From: Cyanidioschyzon merolae
Lineage: Eukaryota
NCBI GenBank assembly: GCA_000091205.1
Contig: AP006491.2
Length of the DNA: 64,000 nucleotides
Reading direction: 5' to 3' (one strand)
This document shows positions 11,219 through 23,031 of this stretch, one piece after another. Position 1 is the first letter of the stretch. Every line of letters begins with the position of its first letter. A program made the translations under genes and the position numbers. A model generated the notes under the pieces. That model worked only from the letters and a program-made list of their open reading frames with translations, made no database searches and was not told the origin of the DNA.

Positions 11219-12848
11219 AGAGCAGGGTGCGGAAACACAAACGCAGACCCAAGCAGTGAGACTCAGTTTGAAACCAACAACAACGTTTGTGTACTAAGCT
11301 CTCCAGAGCAGACTTGCCACTGGCTAGCTCCTTACGCTCTTGCGTTCCACTCAAAAACTGTCACAGGTTCCGTCAAGCTCGGTCGCGCGCGCTCCTGTCC
11401 TTAGTCTTGTAGAAGAAGAATCGTTACACACAACAAGAATGCTGGTGGCGGAATGTTCATCTCGACGCGTTTGGACGTAGGAATGAGATATTTTGATTCG
11501 CGGCCGCAAGGGAGGCGAGCGGCCGTGCTCAAGCCACAAAAAACTAGAATAATATGGACTTTTGGGACTGCGAAGCGCCACCCGACGGCGGCGGAAGACC
11601 CGCTGGGTATGTTTTATCCTGGACAATCTTCCCCTACATCTGGACATTCACCGGGTCGATTCGCGAGACGCAGGCCACGCCAGTGCCACGCGAGCGCCCA
11701 GACGCCTCGCAAGTGTTGGACACTGCGCCAGTCGGCCAGCAGTGCGGCCTGACACGACGATGCGCTGGCGCGAGTCGAAACGCCTGATCGGGCGGCCACG
11801 GTGCGTCCGTCCTTCGCTTGACCGGGATGTCTCCGGCAGAGACACGCTTGCCATCGTCGCTGTCCGAGTGGTAAGACAGACGACGCAGCTACGTGTCCGC
11901 TATGGCCCATGCCTCCACAGTCCATTTTTGCGTGCCTGCCCATGCATAGGTCAGAGGCCTCGCAGCGCACGGACGGAGCCGTCGGGTGCGTTGCAGCTTC
12001 GGGGACTCCTCGAGGTTCCGTCCGTGCGAGAGTCACGTGAGCCATGTTCTCTTTCTGATCGGTAAAGAGCATACAATAATTTACAGGAACGCTCTTCGGT
12101 GATGGAATCCAATGAACGGAAGCCGCCTGCGACGTAGAGATGAGCCTCCACAGTACGTACACGTGAACGCAGCTCTGCCCGGTAGAGCGTCCTGAAATGC
12201 CTCAGATAGATGTCCGATTCGTTTGCGTGAGAGAATCCCGGAAGCGTTGCCTCGCGCTCGACAGACACACATCATTAGTGATACAGCTATGCCGAGTGAG
12301 CACCGGAGCGCATCATTCGCTTCTGTAAAAGCGTATTTCAGCTGCAATGTGCGTATGTATGCAGTGCCGGTGGCGGCCTGGTGCGTTCCCGTTTTACAAC
12401 AGCGCACTGGGCACAAGCGTCGCCATGAAATGAAAATTGATGCTGCAAGAGAACACTCAGGTGCAAATCGTGCAGTAGAGCACAGCGCATCTCCCGCACA
12501 TCGTAAAAGATCGAGGTCGCTAGCACCCTTTTGATTCATGTTTACGAGTCGAGAACATTTCTTTTTCTCGACGTGAGCGCAGACAAAGAGCCTCATGCAG
12601 TCCTAAACATGATACTCGACAAGAGTATCGCATCCAGGCAGTGCATGGATTTACGTAGCACAGCGTCGGCGATATTGCACATCAGAGTGGAATTTCCTTC
12701 GAGAGGACGATCTCATCCCGGGGTATGGCGGCATCATAGGTGCCGTTCCTATCTCTTGCAGTTTCACTGCGACCGCGAACTCGCTTAGCCAGACTGTGCG
12801 AGCCGTCTGCATCACAACTAGGCGACGTGAGAAATTTAGCCCACGGAG

Positions 12849-14498
12849 ATGGGCATACTCCCGTTTTGCAACGCAACAGCTGCCGAAAGATTCTGTCAGT
12901 CGCCGAAGCGGACGCAGACCAAGCGAAGAACCCGCTACCAAGGCTCCCGCGAGCGCCGTCGGCGTGGTTACGTGTTCGCAAGCGGCAGTGTCTGCAGTCG
13001 CCGACGCTTTCTCAGTTACGTTTTCTCTTCTGCCGGTGTGCTACTAGGTCAGAAAGCTGCGAATGCTGGTGCAACAACGACTACGAAGGTGCCCAGTCTG
13101 AAGGATTTTCTGACCGAGCAAATGCGCGGTTTGCACCAGTTTCAGTTGCCAAATGGAGCGCGGTTCGTGGTGCTGGAGCGCTCCAACACACCGACTGTGA
13201 GCTTCATCAGCTTCGTGGACGCCGGAGCTGTAGACGAAACCGACGGTAAAACCGGGATGGCGCACTTTCTGGAACATCTCGCGTTCAAGGGCTCTCGTCA
13301 GATAGGCACGAATAATTGGGCGGCAGAGTCCCGTCTGCTCTGCGACTTGGATCGACTGTATGATAAATGGCATGCCGATCCTGAAGCAGTTCATGAGCAG
13401 ATCATGACACTTTCACGAGAGGCGGAAGCATTCGTGGATGAAAATGCTTTCGGTCGACTCGTACAGCGGAATGGCGGAATCGGCCTAAATGCAGCAACAG
13501 AAGCAGACACAACCCAATACTTTTACAACCTTCCTGCGAATAGAACGGAGTTGTGGTTTGCTCTAGAGTCTGAAAGATTCAGAGATCCAGTCTTTCGAGA
13601 ATTTGAGCGAGAACGTCGCGTTATCCTCGAAGAACGCCTCCTTCGAGTAGATAACGATGACGTGGGCAAGTTCCTCGAGGAGTTTCTCGAGGTCGCCTTT
13701 GAAAAGCATCCCTACAGACGCCCCGTGATCGGATACAAAGAGGATATACAACGGCTGGTTCCAGCTGATGTGCGTTCGTTCTTTCGCGAGTTCTATGTCC
13801 CTACTCGGCTTACATTTGTCATCGTCGGTGATGTGAAGCACCAGGTGATTCACGACCTGGCTGTTCGATATTTTGCAGATCTTCCTGGGACGGGCGCTTC
13901 TCGACGGCAGATACCCAGATATCCGCGGGAATATTCACCCCAGTCACCAAAGCACTTCCAGATAGACCTCGCCTCGAATCCCATGTGTCTGGTCGCTTAT
14001 CACGTCCCACCATTTCAGGACCCGGATACAGCGGCACTACGCGTGCTTTCAGATATGTTGGATGGCGGACGCCTCAGCCGCCTCTACAAGTTGTTCATCG
14101 AAACAGGCAAGGCATCTTCTGCAAACTTCAGTCTCGGGTTTCCCGGTGACAAGTACGTGAACCTGGGAATTTTTTCCGCATTGCCCATACCGGGACAGGA
14201 TATGCAACGGATCGTTGATGAATGGCACACGGCCGCAGCGCACCTGCAGAATCCAGCGAACATCACAGACAAGGAACTAGAGCGAGTTCGAAAGCGAGTC
14301 CGCGTCTCCCTGCTGAACGCCATTATGAACAACAACGAGATGGCTGGACTTTTGGGCAAATTTGCATTGATGAAAGGCGATGCTCGCGAACTATTTCGTT
14401 TTCTCGATCGGCTTGAGGCCGTAAGGCGCGAGGACGTTTCCAGAGTGGCAGCTTTGTATTTGAAACCAGAACACAGCATTACGGGTTTCATGGTTTGA
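12849..14498 (+). CDS. M16 (pitrilysin/insulinase-type) zinc metallopeptidase with an N-terminal targeting extension
   Basis: Inverted zinc-binding motif HxxEH present as 'GMAHFLEHLAFKGS', followed by an M16-type downstream Glu region. 549 aa, a typical size for one active plus one inactive M16 half. The roughly 90-aa N-terminal extension contains 'SRRRFLSYVFSSAGVLLGQKAANA', which has the shape of a twin-arginine signal (RR-x-F-L, a hydrophobic stretch, then AxA). Confidence 0.85.
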   Translation: MGILPFCNATAAERFCQSPKRTQTKRRTRYQGSRERRRRGYVFASGSVCSRRRFLSYVFSSAGVLLGQKAANAGATTTTKVPSLKDFLTEQMRGLHQFQLPNGARFVVLERSNTPTVSFISFVDAGAVDETDGKTGMAHFLEHLAFKGSRQIGTNNWAAESRLLCDLDRLYDKWHADPEAVHEQIMTLSREAEAFVDENAFGRLVQRNGGIGLNAATEADTTQYFYNLPANRTELWFALESERFRDPVFREFERERRVILEERLLRVDNDDVGKFLEEFLEVAFEKHPYRRPVIGYKEDIQRLVPADVRSFFREFYVPTRLTFVIVGDVKHQVIHDLAVRYFADLPGTGASRRQIPRYPREYSPQSPKHFQIDLASNPMCLVAYHVPPFQDPDTAALRVLSDMLDGGRLSRLYKLFIETGKASSANFSLGFPGDKYVNLGIFSALPIPGQDMQRIVDEWHTAAAHLQNPANITDKELERVRKRVRVSLLNAIMNNNEMAGLLGKFALMKGDARELFRFLDRLEAVRREDVSRVAALYLKPEHSITGFMV

Positions 14499-14645
14499 GT
14501 GCTTTGCAAGTCAGGGTCCCGCGTCGAGGTCCACGGTGTGTTTGACGCAGCTCCTGAACGAAGATTTGTATGCGCGTGCCTGATGAACTGCACCGATGAT
14601 AGGGTAAAATGGAATTGGTTTACATAGCTAACTCGGGAGTACACA

Positions 14646-15740
14646 CTACAGTTTGGGTCTCTTCCCATTGCTATCATCAATACCAGTTTTTCGGGCTATT
14701 TCCGCGACTGATTGCTTCTCCTCTCGAAATCTAAGGTTTTCAGTATGCTTTTCTGCCCTGTCCCTTCGGCTCCGTCGTCGGCAGTCGAACGATATGGATG
14801 GATGCGTGAAAGCACCGATTGGGCGCTTCGCAGCTGTTGTCAGTGAAGTCGTGGTCAGATTGTAGTTGCGATCTATGCTCAACATGCGATTTCCATCATC
14901 TTACCACATAGCATCGGTGCGCGTCTCGCAGATGTGGTCCTTCACTGCGCTCAGGCGCTCGCATATGTCCAGGACACCTCCCGCTCGGTACGCTTCTCTG
15001 TTGAGCGTGAACGTTTTCATCAGCGCACTGTACATGTCCGTGACCGGTACAGAAGGCTCTGCTGGATGCGCTCATATATTCCCGCGCCAGGTGTCTCGCC
15101 GCACGATCACAGTCTCCTTCAGGGCTATCTCGTCCGCGAGGACTATGTGTTGTGCAGGCGCAAGCGCACACTGTTCCATTCGATGGCGGCTTTCTGGAAC
15201 GCGGTGATGTCGGCCTTGATATGAGAACCAGAATGAAAATCCAGTGTCGAGTAAAGGCTGAGAAATTCGGACAAGTGAACGGCCTCTTTGTGCGAAATGG
15301 TGACACACCCTCCATCGGAGGCGATCGATGCGAGGACTGAATTCCGAGTCCAAGGACCCCCTTCCTTACAAACTGAAGAGACGGGAGCGCCCTCTTGAAT
15401 ATTCTATAACAGGTATCCTGCTGTGGTCGCATGCTGTTTCTTCGAAAGCCGTAAAGAGAGGATAATTTTTCTTGCGAACGGGATTGATTATTACGTAGCC
15501 GAATAAGTTCAATGAGTATTCGGCATGCGCTTCTATACTATCTGTCACGGGACGAGGTCGGGGTTTATCTCCGTCACTCCAGCGTTGCGAGTTGCTGAAC
15601 ACACGAGTTGCCCTCGTATAGAAAGAACGAAGACTCGGAGAAAGTGTGATTTAAAAATTCTGCACGGAAGCAAAGGGGAAGAGTGGAGGCCTCTTCAAGT
15701 TAGATTGGATAATGATTTTTGTTTATCACAAACTCTTATC
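14646..15740 (-). repeat. Family-A related mosaic repeat, copy A6 (M1 module plus a shared 130-nt block)
   Basis: 14660-15392 is nearly identical to 35580-36300. Its last about 130 nt, 15270-15392, are the reverse complement of the 6110-6240 block of copy A1. An 80-nt motif at 15640-15730 recurs at 36560-36640. Confidence 0.8.
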
Positions 15741-16596
15741 TAAGGGCGTCGCGAATCATCTTGAAGCAGCTGAAGCTACGTATTTCATCAGCAAAGCGTC
15801 GAAGGAGCGATTCCCGAAAAAACGACAGCAAAATCCTGAAACCATGTAGAAACCTGTAAGTCATTATGCTTGGACGTCGGATTTCGAGATTTACGTCTAA
15901 AACAGTTCGGAAAAAACTAAATTCCAGAAATATCGCGACCAGTTCAGTTTTCCATTTTCTTCTGTTTCAGCTGCAGGGCGTACTACCTTGGAGTCTGGCG
16001 ATGATGGTCGCTGTACCATGCAAACAACGCACTCCCGTATGGGATTACCTGTACGGATATCCCGTGCGCTCGACACCATACAATTGCGTGAAAGCGGCAC
16101 GTTGACCGTATACCATTTTCGTGTGTATCCTGCGGCGGCCCGCCTATCTTATGGTGTACGGGTAATGGACCTATCCAGAAAGCCACAGATGCGCCAAAGT
16201 TGCCCCTGTAACTGCCGAACTGTTTTCTGGTGTGCGGTCGATAAGCTGCTCTCGGATCCCCGGATGGATACAAGCTGCAGTTTTTCAGGTTAAAAGCGAC
16301 GACTTGCTTGAAAGAGGCATGTTTGCTTGGCTCAGTGGCTGTTCTGCAAAAGTGCCGGAAACACTGCTCCGAAGACACGCTGCACGCGTTGAACCTACCA
16401 AAGGGCGGCACAAACTCACCTGCGCTCGTGACCCTGACACAAAGCCCGTCTTTTTAGTTGCTTGCAGGTTTTGACAAGCATGCTAGTGTCGCTCTGTATC
16501 ACGTGTTGGTGGCCGCAAGGATCGTATCCCTCTCAAAGTAAAATCCATAGCCAAAGGTTAAAATCAGGAGAAACACGGGACGTTTATTCGTTCACG

Positions 16597-16800
16597 CTCG
16601 TCCATAGCGTGCTGCAGTGTTGCACCCAGAGACGCTTCCGCGACAACACCTCTTATCGTGAAACGGTATTCACACGTGCTGCAGTGTTGCACCCAGAGCT
16701 GCTTCCGCAAAAACACCTCGTATCGTGAAACGGCACTCACACGTGCTGCACTGTTGCACCCAGAGACGTTTCCGCAAAAGTACTGTCCGCTATCCGTCAG
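16597..16800. repeat. Tandem repeat, about 3 units of about 66-70 bp ('acgtgctgcagtgttgcacccagagacgcttccgc...cgtgaaacgg...')
   Basis: Three consecutive near-identical units are visible directly in 16590-16800, immediately upstream of the Sof1 start at 16947. Confidence 0.8.
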
Positions 16801-16946
16801 AGCGCAGGCGGCCGCACGAACGGCACGCCACCGAGTACAATGCAGGTCTCAACTGCAGCGAGTTTGGCCTGAGGAGTCAACGCAAGCGTTGAGTCTTCGT
16901 TTCACAACCTCGACGGGGCCCTCGTTTCCGAAAGTCCTCCACTGCT

Positions 16947-18275
16947 ATGCGTGTTTACTGTCTGACACGTTCCGAGCGTGAACTCAAAGAGACGGCGGTG
17001 GCTCGCACGATCCGGAACTTGGATCCTCAACTGCATCCCTTTGAGCGCGCAAGGGAGTACAAGCGAGCACTCAACTCAGCGAAGATTGAGCGTGCACTGG
17101 CGAGGCCGTTGGTTGCCGCTTACGAAGGCCATGCCGACGGTATTTATGCTATGAGTGTGCACCCCATCCGAATGGCCGAGGTCGCAACTGCGAGCGGCGA
17201 CGGTGAGGTACGTATATGGCGCTTATCGCAACGCAGCGCAGGTTCGGGAGAGAGTCTCGTGCAGAGCCGCCTCGGACACGCTGCCCCTGTATGTGGTCTT
17301 ACAGCAACGTGTGACGGACGTTTCCTGCTCTCAGCGAGCCAGGGAGACGCGGTGCAGTCCGTTGTCCAGCTGTGGCGCTGGCCTGTTGCAGACGGAGCGA
17401 GTACCTGGACTCCGCTATGTTCCTATAGACGCCTCCGGGGGGGTTTCGGCGACGTCAGCGCCTCGCCCAGTCAAGGCGCAGTTTTTACGACAGGTTCTGA
17501 GGACGGTTTGATTGAAGTTTGGGACTTCCATCGCTCAGAGCCTCTGACACGGTTTGTAAGTCATGCGGAACTCCCTGTCGCTGTGCGACGACTGCATTAC
17601 CATCCCTCAGAGCCGGCTTTGTTGGGTGCATGCCTTGCGAGTCGCGAGCTAGCAGTCTATGATACTCGTGAGAAAACCATGCTGACGCGCTACCGGCTGC
17701 CGATGCAGTGCAACGATTTATCTTGGAATCCGATGCGGCCTTTCCAGCTTGCCGTAGCCTGCGACAATCACGATGCGTACCTCTTCGATATTCGACGCAT
17801 GGATCGGCCGCAGCAGCTATATCATGGACACGTTGGTCCAGTGCTCAGCATCTGCTTCGCGCCAACTGGGCATGAATTGTGCACCGGCAGCTATGATAAT
17901 ACAGTGCGAATCTTTGACTGTAGAGAGAGCAAATCCCGCGATGTATACTTTACCAAACGAATGCAGCATGTGTTCCGAGTGCGATATACCAGCGACGCGC
18001 GCTTCATTCTCAGTGCTAGTGACGATGGCGATCTCCGAGTTTGGAAGACGAACGCCGCCGAACCGTTGCGGCAACTGCTGGTGCGCGAGAAACGGAGCTT
18101 GCAGTATGCGCAGAAACTGCGCGAACGCCACCGGTACCTGCCTCCAGTCCGTCGCATTTTGCACAGCCGATTCCTCCCTCGATACCTCCATAACGCAACG
18201 TTGCAGAAAAGAGAAGAGTTGAAAAGTCGTCAACGAAAAGAAACTCGGCGTCGATTGCACACTCGCCGCCGATAG
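16947..18275 (+). CDS. SOF1: U3 snoRNP / SSU processome WD40 protein Sof1 (DCAF13)
   Basis: The N-terminus 'RNLDPQLHPFERAREYKRALNSAKIERALARP...GHADGIYAMSVHP' matches the conserved Sof1 N-terminus 'RNLNPELHPFERAREYTKALNATKLERMFAKPF...GHRDGVY'. WD repeats throughout and a basic C-terminal Sof1 tail. 442 aa as a single exon. Confidence 0.9.
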   Translation: MRVYCLTRSERELKETAVARTIRNLDPQLHPFERAREYKRALNSAKIERALARPLVAAYEGHADGIYAMSVHPIRMAEVATASGDGEVRIWRLSQRSAGSGESLVQSRLGHAAPVCGLTATCDGRFLLSASQGDAVQSVVQLWRWPVADGASTWTPLCSYRRLRGGFGDVSASPSQGAVFTTGSEDGLIEVWDFHRSEPLTRFVSHAELPVAVRRLHYHPSEPALLGACLASRELAVYDTREKTMLTRYRLPMQCNDLSWNPMRPFQLAVACDNHDAYLFDIRRMDRPQQLYHGHVGPVLSICFAPTGHELCTGSYDNTVRIFDCRESKSRDVYFTKRMQHVFRVRYTSDARFILSASDDGDLRVWKTNAAEPLRQLLVREKRSLQYAQKLRERHRYLPPVRRILHSRFLPRYLHNATLQKREELKSRQRKETRRRLHTRRR

Positions 18276-18799
18276 CCCGGGTTTTTCTGGATCGTGCCTC
18301 GATAAGAGTACTCATACTATGCAGCTCGCGCTATCCGTGGAGGGCGCGGTAGCGATCTCTGGCTCGAGGCATCGACATAGCAGTCGATTCGTCACAGTTT
18401 CCCTACGAACGCTAACGATCGAAAGCGAAACCCACCCGACCCTGGGGATAGCGAGTGTTCCAGGAGGTCTACGGAAAGTCTTGATGGTCATCCGGCACAC
18501 TGTGTGCGAAAATGACGCGACTCTAATAGGATCTGTAGTTCAAAAGTGTGCTGCAAGGTCACGGATGAGCATGGATTTGTGCACAAGGGCAGCGCACACG
18601 TGCATCGGGTGTCAACCACGTATGCACAGTGGAGGTGGATGGCTGCTATTTTCGATGATTTAGGGTCGATGCACGGAGCCAGATCATTCTGGGTACGTTG
18701 ACGCTGTCGTTATCGGAAGCGTAAACCTCGACTGCCCGGTAGGTCCCTTCCCGTACCTCCATTCCCTGCTCAGTGTTGATCGACGCTCGCGTCAGGTTA

Positions 18800-20700
18800 A
18801 AATGGAGCGCTGACCAGCTCGCTCTGGTCCTTCATCTCGATATTTCTCCGAACTTTTTTTAGATGTGTCGCAGCGGGATTCAATGTGCAGCAGGAAAAGA
18901 GAATGCGTCGATGCGCGGTTTTAGGATTCCCGGTCGGTTCTTCGGGGTATGATCCCTCGACGCTTTGCCGCTGGGATTTGTGATCGCCATTCGAATCAAG
19001 ACCATCCAAGACCGCGCTGAACAGCGGTCCGTAAAACAACCGATGCCATCATCCAACTCATGTGTACAAGCCTCTGCTCTTCTCCTTTTCTGACGCGTAG
19101 CAGGCTCAAATCACCCATTCTACAAATTATCGATCTTTCTACATGAGCGCAGCTCGTGTGCGCTGCACCTCGCGCAGCAACACTCACAAGAAGAAAAGCT
19201 CGACATCGACCCGTGACGACTTGCTCTCAAGCACACTCCGAAACTTCAACGAAGTCCTCAGGTCAAATTGGAACCCACTCCGTTCGTACGACCCACCCTT
19301 CCCTCTTTGTGGCTAGCGACGCGTCGACACTCGACAGCAGCAGCACGACATCGCTCACGGGATGCGCTTCCGGGCGCTCCCGTCTCTTCAGTTTGTAAGG
19401 AAGGGGGCCCTTGGACTCGGAATTCAGTCCTCGCATCGATCGCCTCCGATGGAGGGTGCGTCACCATTTCGCACAAAGAGACCGTTCGCTTGTCAAAGTG
19501 TCTCGGCTTGCTCTCCCGCCTGGATCTTCCGTTCAGTGCTTGTTCCATCACGGACCAGATCGCAATCAGCATATCCGCTTCTGTTCGGAACACAGCAGAG
19601 AGTTTAAACAGGTCGTCGTATACACCCAACTTGTTTCGTATGCTGCAACTCGATTGAGAATGTCTCCGCAGCAGTGAGGAACGGGTTCAGGGAAGCAAAT
19701 GCTCGTTTCGATCTCTCGACTTGTCCTCGACACGCACTGGTGCCCGACGCTCTTGGTGCCGAGACTGCGGCCACCGGGCTCGGCGGCGGTCCACAGAAAT
19801 CTCCAGCTCAGGTGCCGGAAAGTTTCCAACCGCCCTCATAAACCAAGGCCACCTACATAGCGCCGTCGAGCGCTTCATGAGGCGCGTCCTGCGAGCTTCA
19901 TGCCTGTTGTTCCCTCCGTTCACCGGCCCCAAACAATAGGGACTGGTGTGTAGGAGGCCTGCGGACGTCGATGGAGGCCAGCGCCGACCTGGCAGCCGCG
20001 GAGGACATCGAACTGGTAGCGAGTGTGGAAGAGGTGCCGCAACGAGTACGAGAGGCGCCTCGGATCGTCGGAGCTCGTGGCGTTGGTCTCGACCTCGCAG
20101 CGACGGACGACGTATCTAAAAGATGGTCGGAACGTGGTGTCTGTCCTTGTTGCGCCTTGTGCGATCTATCTACTAGAGCATACACCGAGAGCAGGCATGG
20201 ATGCCCCGAGATGCCCATCGATGAGCCGAGCACGTTGTCCACGCACCAGGGGCACGGATGCACGCTGAAACCGAGAGAGAAGAAGAGCGTGAACCAGAGC
20301 CGCATGCACGAGATGGTGAACGGTACGTTCATCGAATGTCAGATGAGGAGGCAATCGAAAGCGAGGTGCTTTCTACGGAGTGCTTCTGAAAGCAGTCACG
20401 GGCGCAAGCACTTTCTGCGGCGACCCTTGAACGCCTCGATCGACATCCGGAACTGTCTCGTGCTTCGGGGGCGCGTAGCGGGTCTGTTTCGAGTGAAGCT
20501 TCCGTGGAAACGGTTAGCACTTGTTTGAACATTGTGCTGAATGTCTGAGGCGTTTCGATTGAGAAAATCAGTGTCCAGGAGTGAGGACATTGGACTCTCG
20601 ACGGAAGCAAGGCACTGGTATCATCCAGGCAGCATTCTCGAATGGCTGGTGCGGCGTCTATATTTAGATACAACGAGAACGTTTCCCCTGTGCAATTGGT
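18800..20700 (+). repeat. Family-A interspersed repeat, copy A2 (forward)
   Basis: Collinear with copy A1 and about 97-99% identical to it. The same embedded ORF set is present. The right end shares 'gaacgtttcccctgtgcaattgg' with the other copies. Confidence 0.85.
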
Positions 20701-21004
20701 GTGCTATAAAGGTGCTCCACCCTCCGATACTACTAAGCATCCGATTGAGGAAGGTACCTTGCATGATAAACAATCTGATGCGATACGAGGCCGCCCGGTT
20801 GCACAGCGTATGCTCAGCGATCCGAGGGGAAGACCATTCCGCGCAGCTGGGACTTGTGCATATCTGGGATGCAGAAATGCTTATTTTCCTAATTTCCCGG
20901 GGAACATGTGAATCTGGAGTACCAGGTAGGCTCAGGGATACGATCCGCCATTTACGGCTCCCGTACGAAACGCTCACAGCTCGCCCGCTCATAGCAAGTA
21001 CGAC

Positions 21005-22864
21005 ATGGACCACGGCGGTAGCGACACATGCGTGCACCCGTTCAGCGAAGTCGGTACATATATTGACAATAATGGATATTTGGGGAGCACCTTGATGACA
21101 ATGGCAGGCTTGGGCAACGCAGGTGCCTGCGCGCGTATACTGTTGGTCGAGTGGTGTGGTAACGAGTACGTTGTTCGGACGGCAACAGATAATAAGTGGG
21201 CGTCTCCCCCACGGGGCTTGTGCTTTGGTTTGAGTATGGAAGCGTCTGATGAGCGTACTCAGATCAAGAGGCGGCTTCAGGGGCGGACGACCTCTTTGTC
21301 ACGGGCGAAAGAACGAGCAACGTTTGAGCGAAAGCGCTCCGGTCCGGGGAACGTTCAGCGCGATTCTGCAGTGAGGGGAGAAAGATATTCGAACTATTCC
21401 GACTTTATACGAGGGCTGCACAAAATGCTTAACCTCGAAGAGTCTGATAACCACATAGAAGAACGCACGCTGCGTTTGTTTTGGAGACGCACGGAAGGCG
21501 TGTTCGCCAGTGTCAGGGATATTGTGGTAAAGGTGCTTCAAAATCGCTCTCAGCCGCCGATCAACGAGACCGTTCTGCGGTTTGTGCTTTTTCCTGATCT
21601 TCCGCGAGACGTTGTCTGCAAGATTCCTTTAGAGATAATAGAATACGTTGCCGCACTCGTGGAAACGAGTGGCTTTCGGTTTCTTCAGAACATTCGAGTA
21701 GGTCACCTGACGGACGAACGCGTACAGTTAAGTAAACGCTTGGAGCACATCCAAAAGATTGCCTCACGCGAAAGCGTTACAAGCCACGGTGACCTGCAGA
21801 GCGATGGGGTCCGCACAACGAGCGCGTCGTCTCCCCTGCAACCCGAAGAGAAGCCGCGTCTGTTTTTGCCCCTCGTCTCGGAGGACGTACGCGACAAGTT
21901 ACCTGTGTTTGTGAAAGATTTCATCGTGAAGAATTTGCCTCGCCGTATGAGTATCGCATTCGATGATACGATTGCACTCTGGCTACTGAACATCGAAGCC
22001 CCAGAACAAATGTGTTTGCTGTTGCAGCGGGTTCTTGATTACCTCGAGCGGAACGAGGACAAGATCCCGAAGCGTTGCGGCATGACCGAGAGGATTTTAT
22101 ACGCGCTCGAGGCCACATCTGAGGAGACCATTGAAAACATACTATCACAGCCTGGAGACGCATTTTACCCTACCGCGCGTCTCCAGTGGTTTCGGCCACG
22201 GCCTGTCACCGATGAGGAGTGGATCCAGTGGTGCGAAATCCTTGACCGCGACTGCGACACTTGGCTTCGAGCGTTATGTCAAGAATTAGATCCAGCGAAT
22301 GAAGTGACCGAGGATGAGCTTCGGGAGTATTTCGAGAGTTTGCAGCCACCGTTTCTAGCAGAAGCCCTGCGGAATGAATCGGATCGAACCATCGCACTGC
22401 AAGCTGGTAACAGCGTACCGGCCACTGCGGCATTAGCTGGAGAATCTTGGTCATGCGTCTTGCACGATGATGAAAACCGCCCCATAGAGGTCCTTGTACG
22501 GGCCCCATTCTTGGATGCCGGGCGGCTTGATGAGGAGCGAGCCCGGTTTCCGCAAATGTTGTTCGCTCAAGGTCGGGAACACGTCGACAGGGACTGGCTC
22601 ATTCGTATTTTCGGCGCTGCATCAGTGGTCTTTGTACTGATGCCCACACGGGATGCGGTGAAAGAGTCCAGATCAAGGTTCGCTGATCTGTTCGACGAGC
22701 TAACCTCAACAGATTCAGCGCTGAAGGTGCCGATTCCGCAACGAGCTCGTATGCTTCTAATTGTGCCCGCCAATGAACGCGTACTGACTCTGCATCCGGA
22801 CCTACGCCGTTACGCCCCGGGGCCCCAAGTCCTTCTTGCTTCTCGGGTACGCATTGAGACATAG
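21005..22864 (+). CDS. Hypothetical protein (619-aa ORF; the true start may lie downstream of 21005)
   Basis: Long uninterrupted ORF with coding-like composition. No family motif recognised. The first about 80 codons lie close to the end of the upstream repeat, so an internal Met such as 'MEASDERTQ' may be the real start. Confidence 0.5.
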   Translation: MDHGGSDTCVHPFSEVGTYIDNNGYLGSTLMTMAGLGNAGACARILLVEWCGNEYVVRTATDNKWASPPRGLCFGLSMEASDERTQIKRRLQGRTTSLSRAKERATFERKRSGPGNVQRDSAVRGERYSNYSDFIRGLHKMLNLEESDNHIEERTLRLFWRRTEGVFASVRDIVVKVLQNRSQPPINETVLRFVLFPDLPRDVVCKIPLEIIEYVAALVETSGFRFLQNIRVGHLTDERVQLSKRLEHIQKIASRESVTSHGDLQSDGVRTTSASSPLQPEEKPRLFLPLVSEDVRDKLPVFVKDFIVKNLPRRMSIAFDDTIALWLLNIEAPEQMCLLLQRVLDYLERNEDKIPKRCGMTERILYALEATSEETIENILSQPGDAFYPTARLQWFRPRPVTDEEWIQWCEILDRDCDTWLRALCQELDPANEVTEDELREYFESLQPPFLAEALRNESDRTIALQAGNSVPATAALAGESWSCVLHDDENRPIEVLVRAPFLDAGRLDEERARFPQMLFAQGREHVDRDWLIRIFGAASVVFVLMPTRDAVKESRSRFADLFDELTSTDSALKVPIPQRARMLLIVPANERVLTLHPDLRRYAPGPQVLLASRVRIET

Positions 22865-23031
22865 CCGGGCCATCGTGCTTGACTGTTTGCGGCTCGCTTA
22901 GGCGCTCCTTCCCTCTTGAAAATTTTGTATGAGGGCAAATGCCGAGAGTGTCTGGAAGATTGCCGCGCTCTAGAGGCTGCTATATTGATCGTTTCGCTGC
23001 CACACCAACGCTTCTCAAAGGCGGCGATCTT

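Noticed and set aside
16597-16800. CRISPR array
   Set aside because: There are only three directly abutting units of about 66-70 bp with no unique spacers between them, and the context is eukaryotic. It is a simple tandem repeat.
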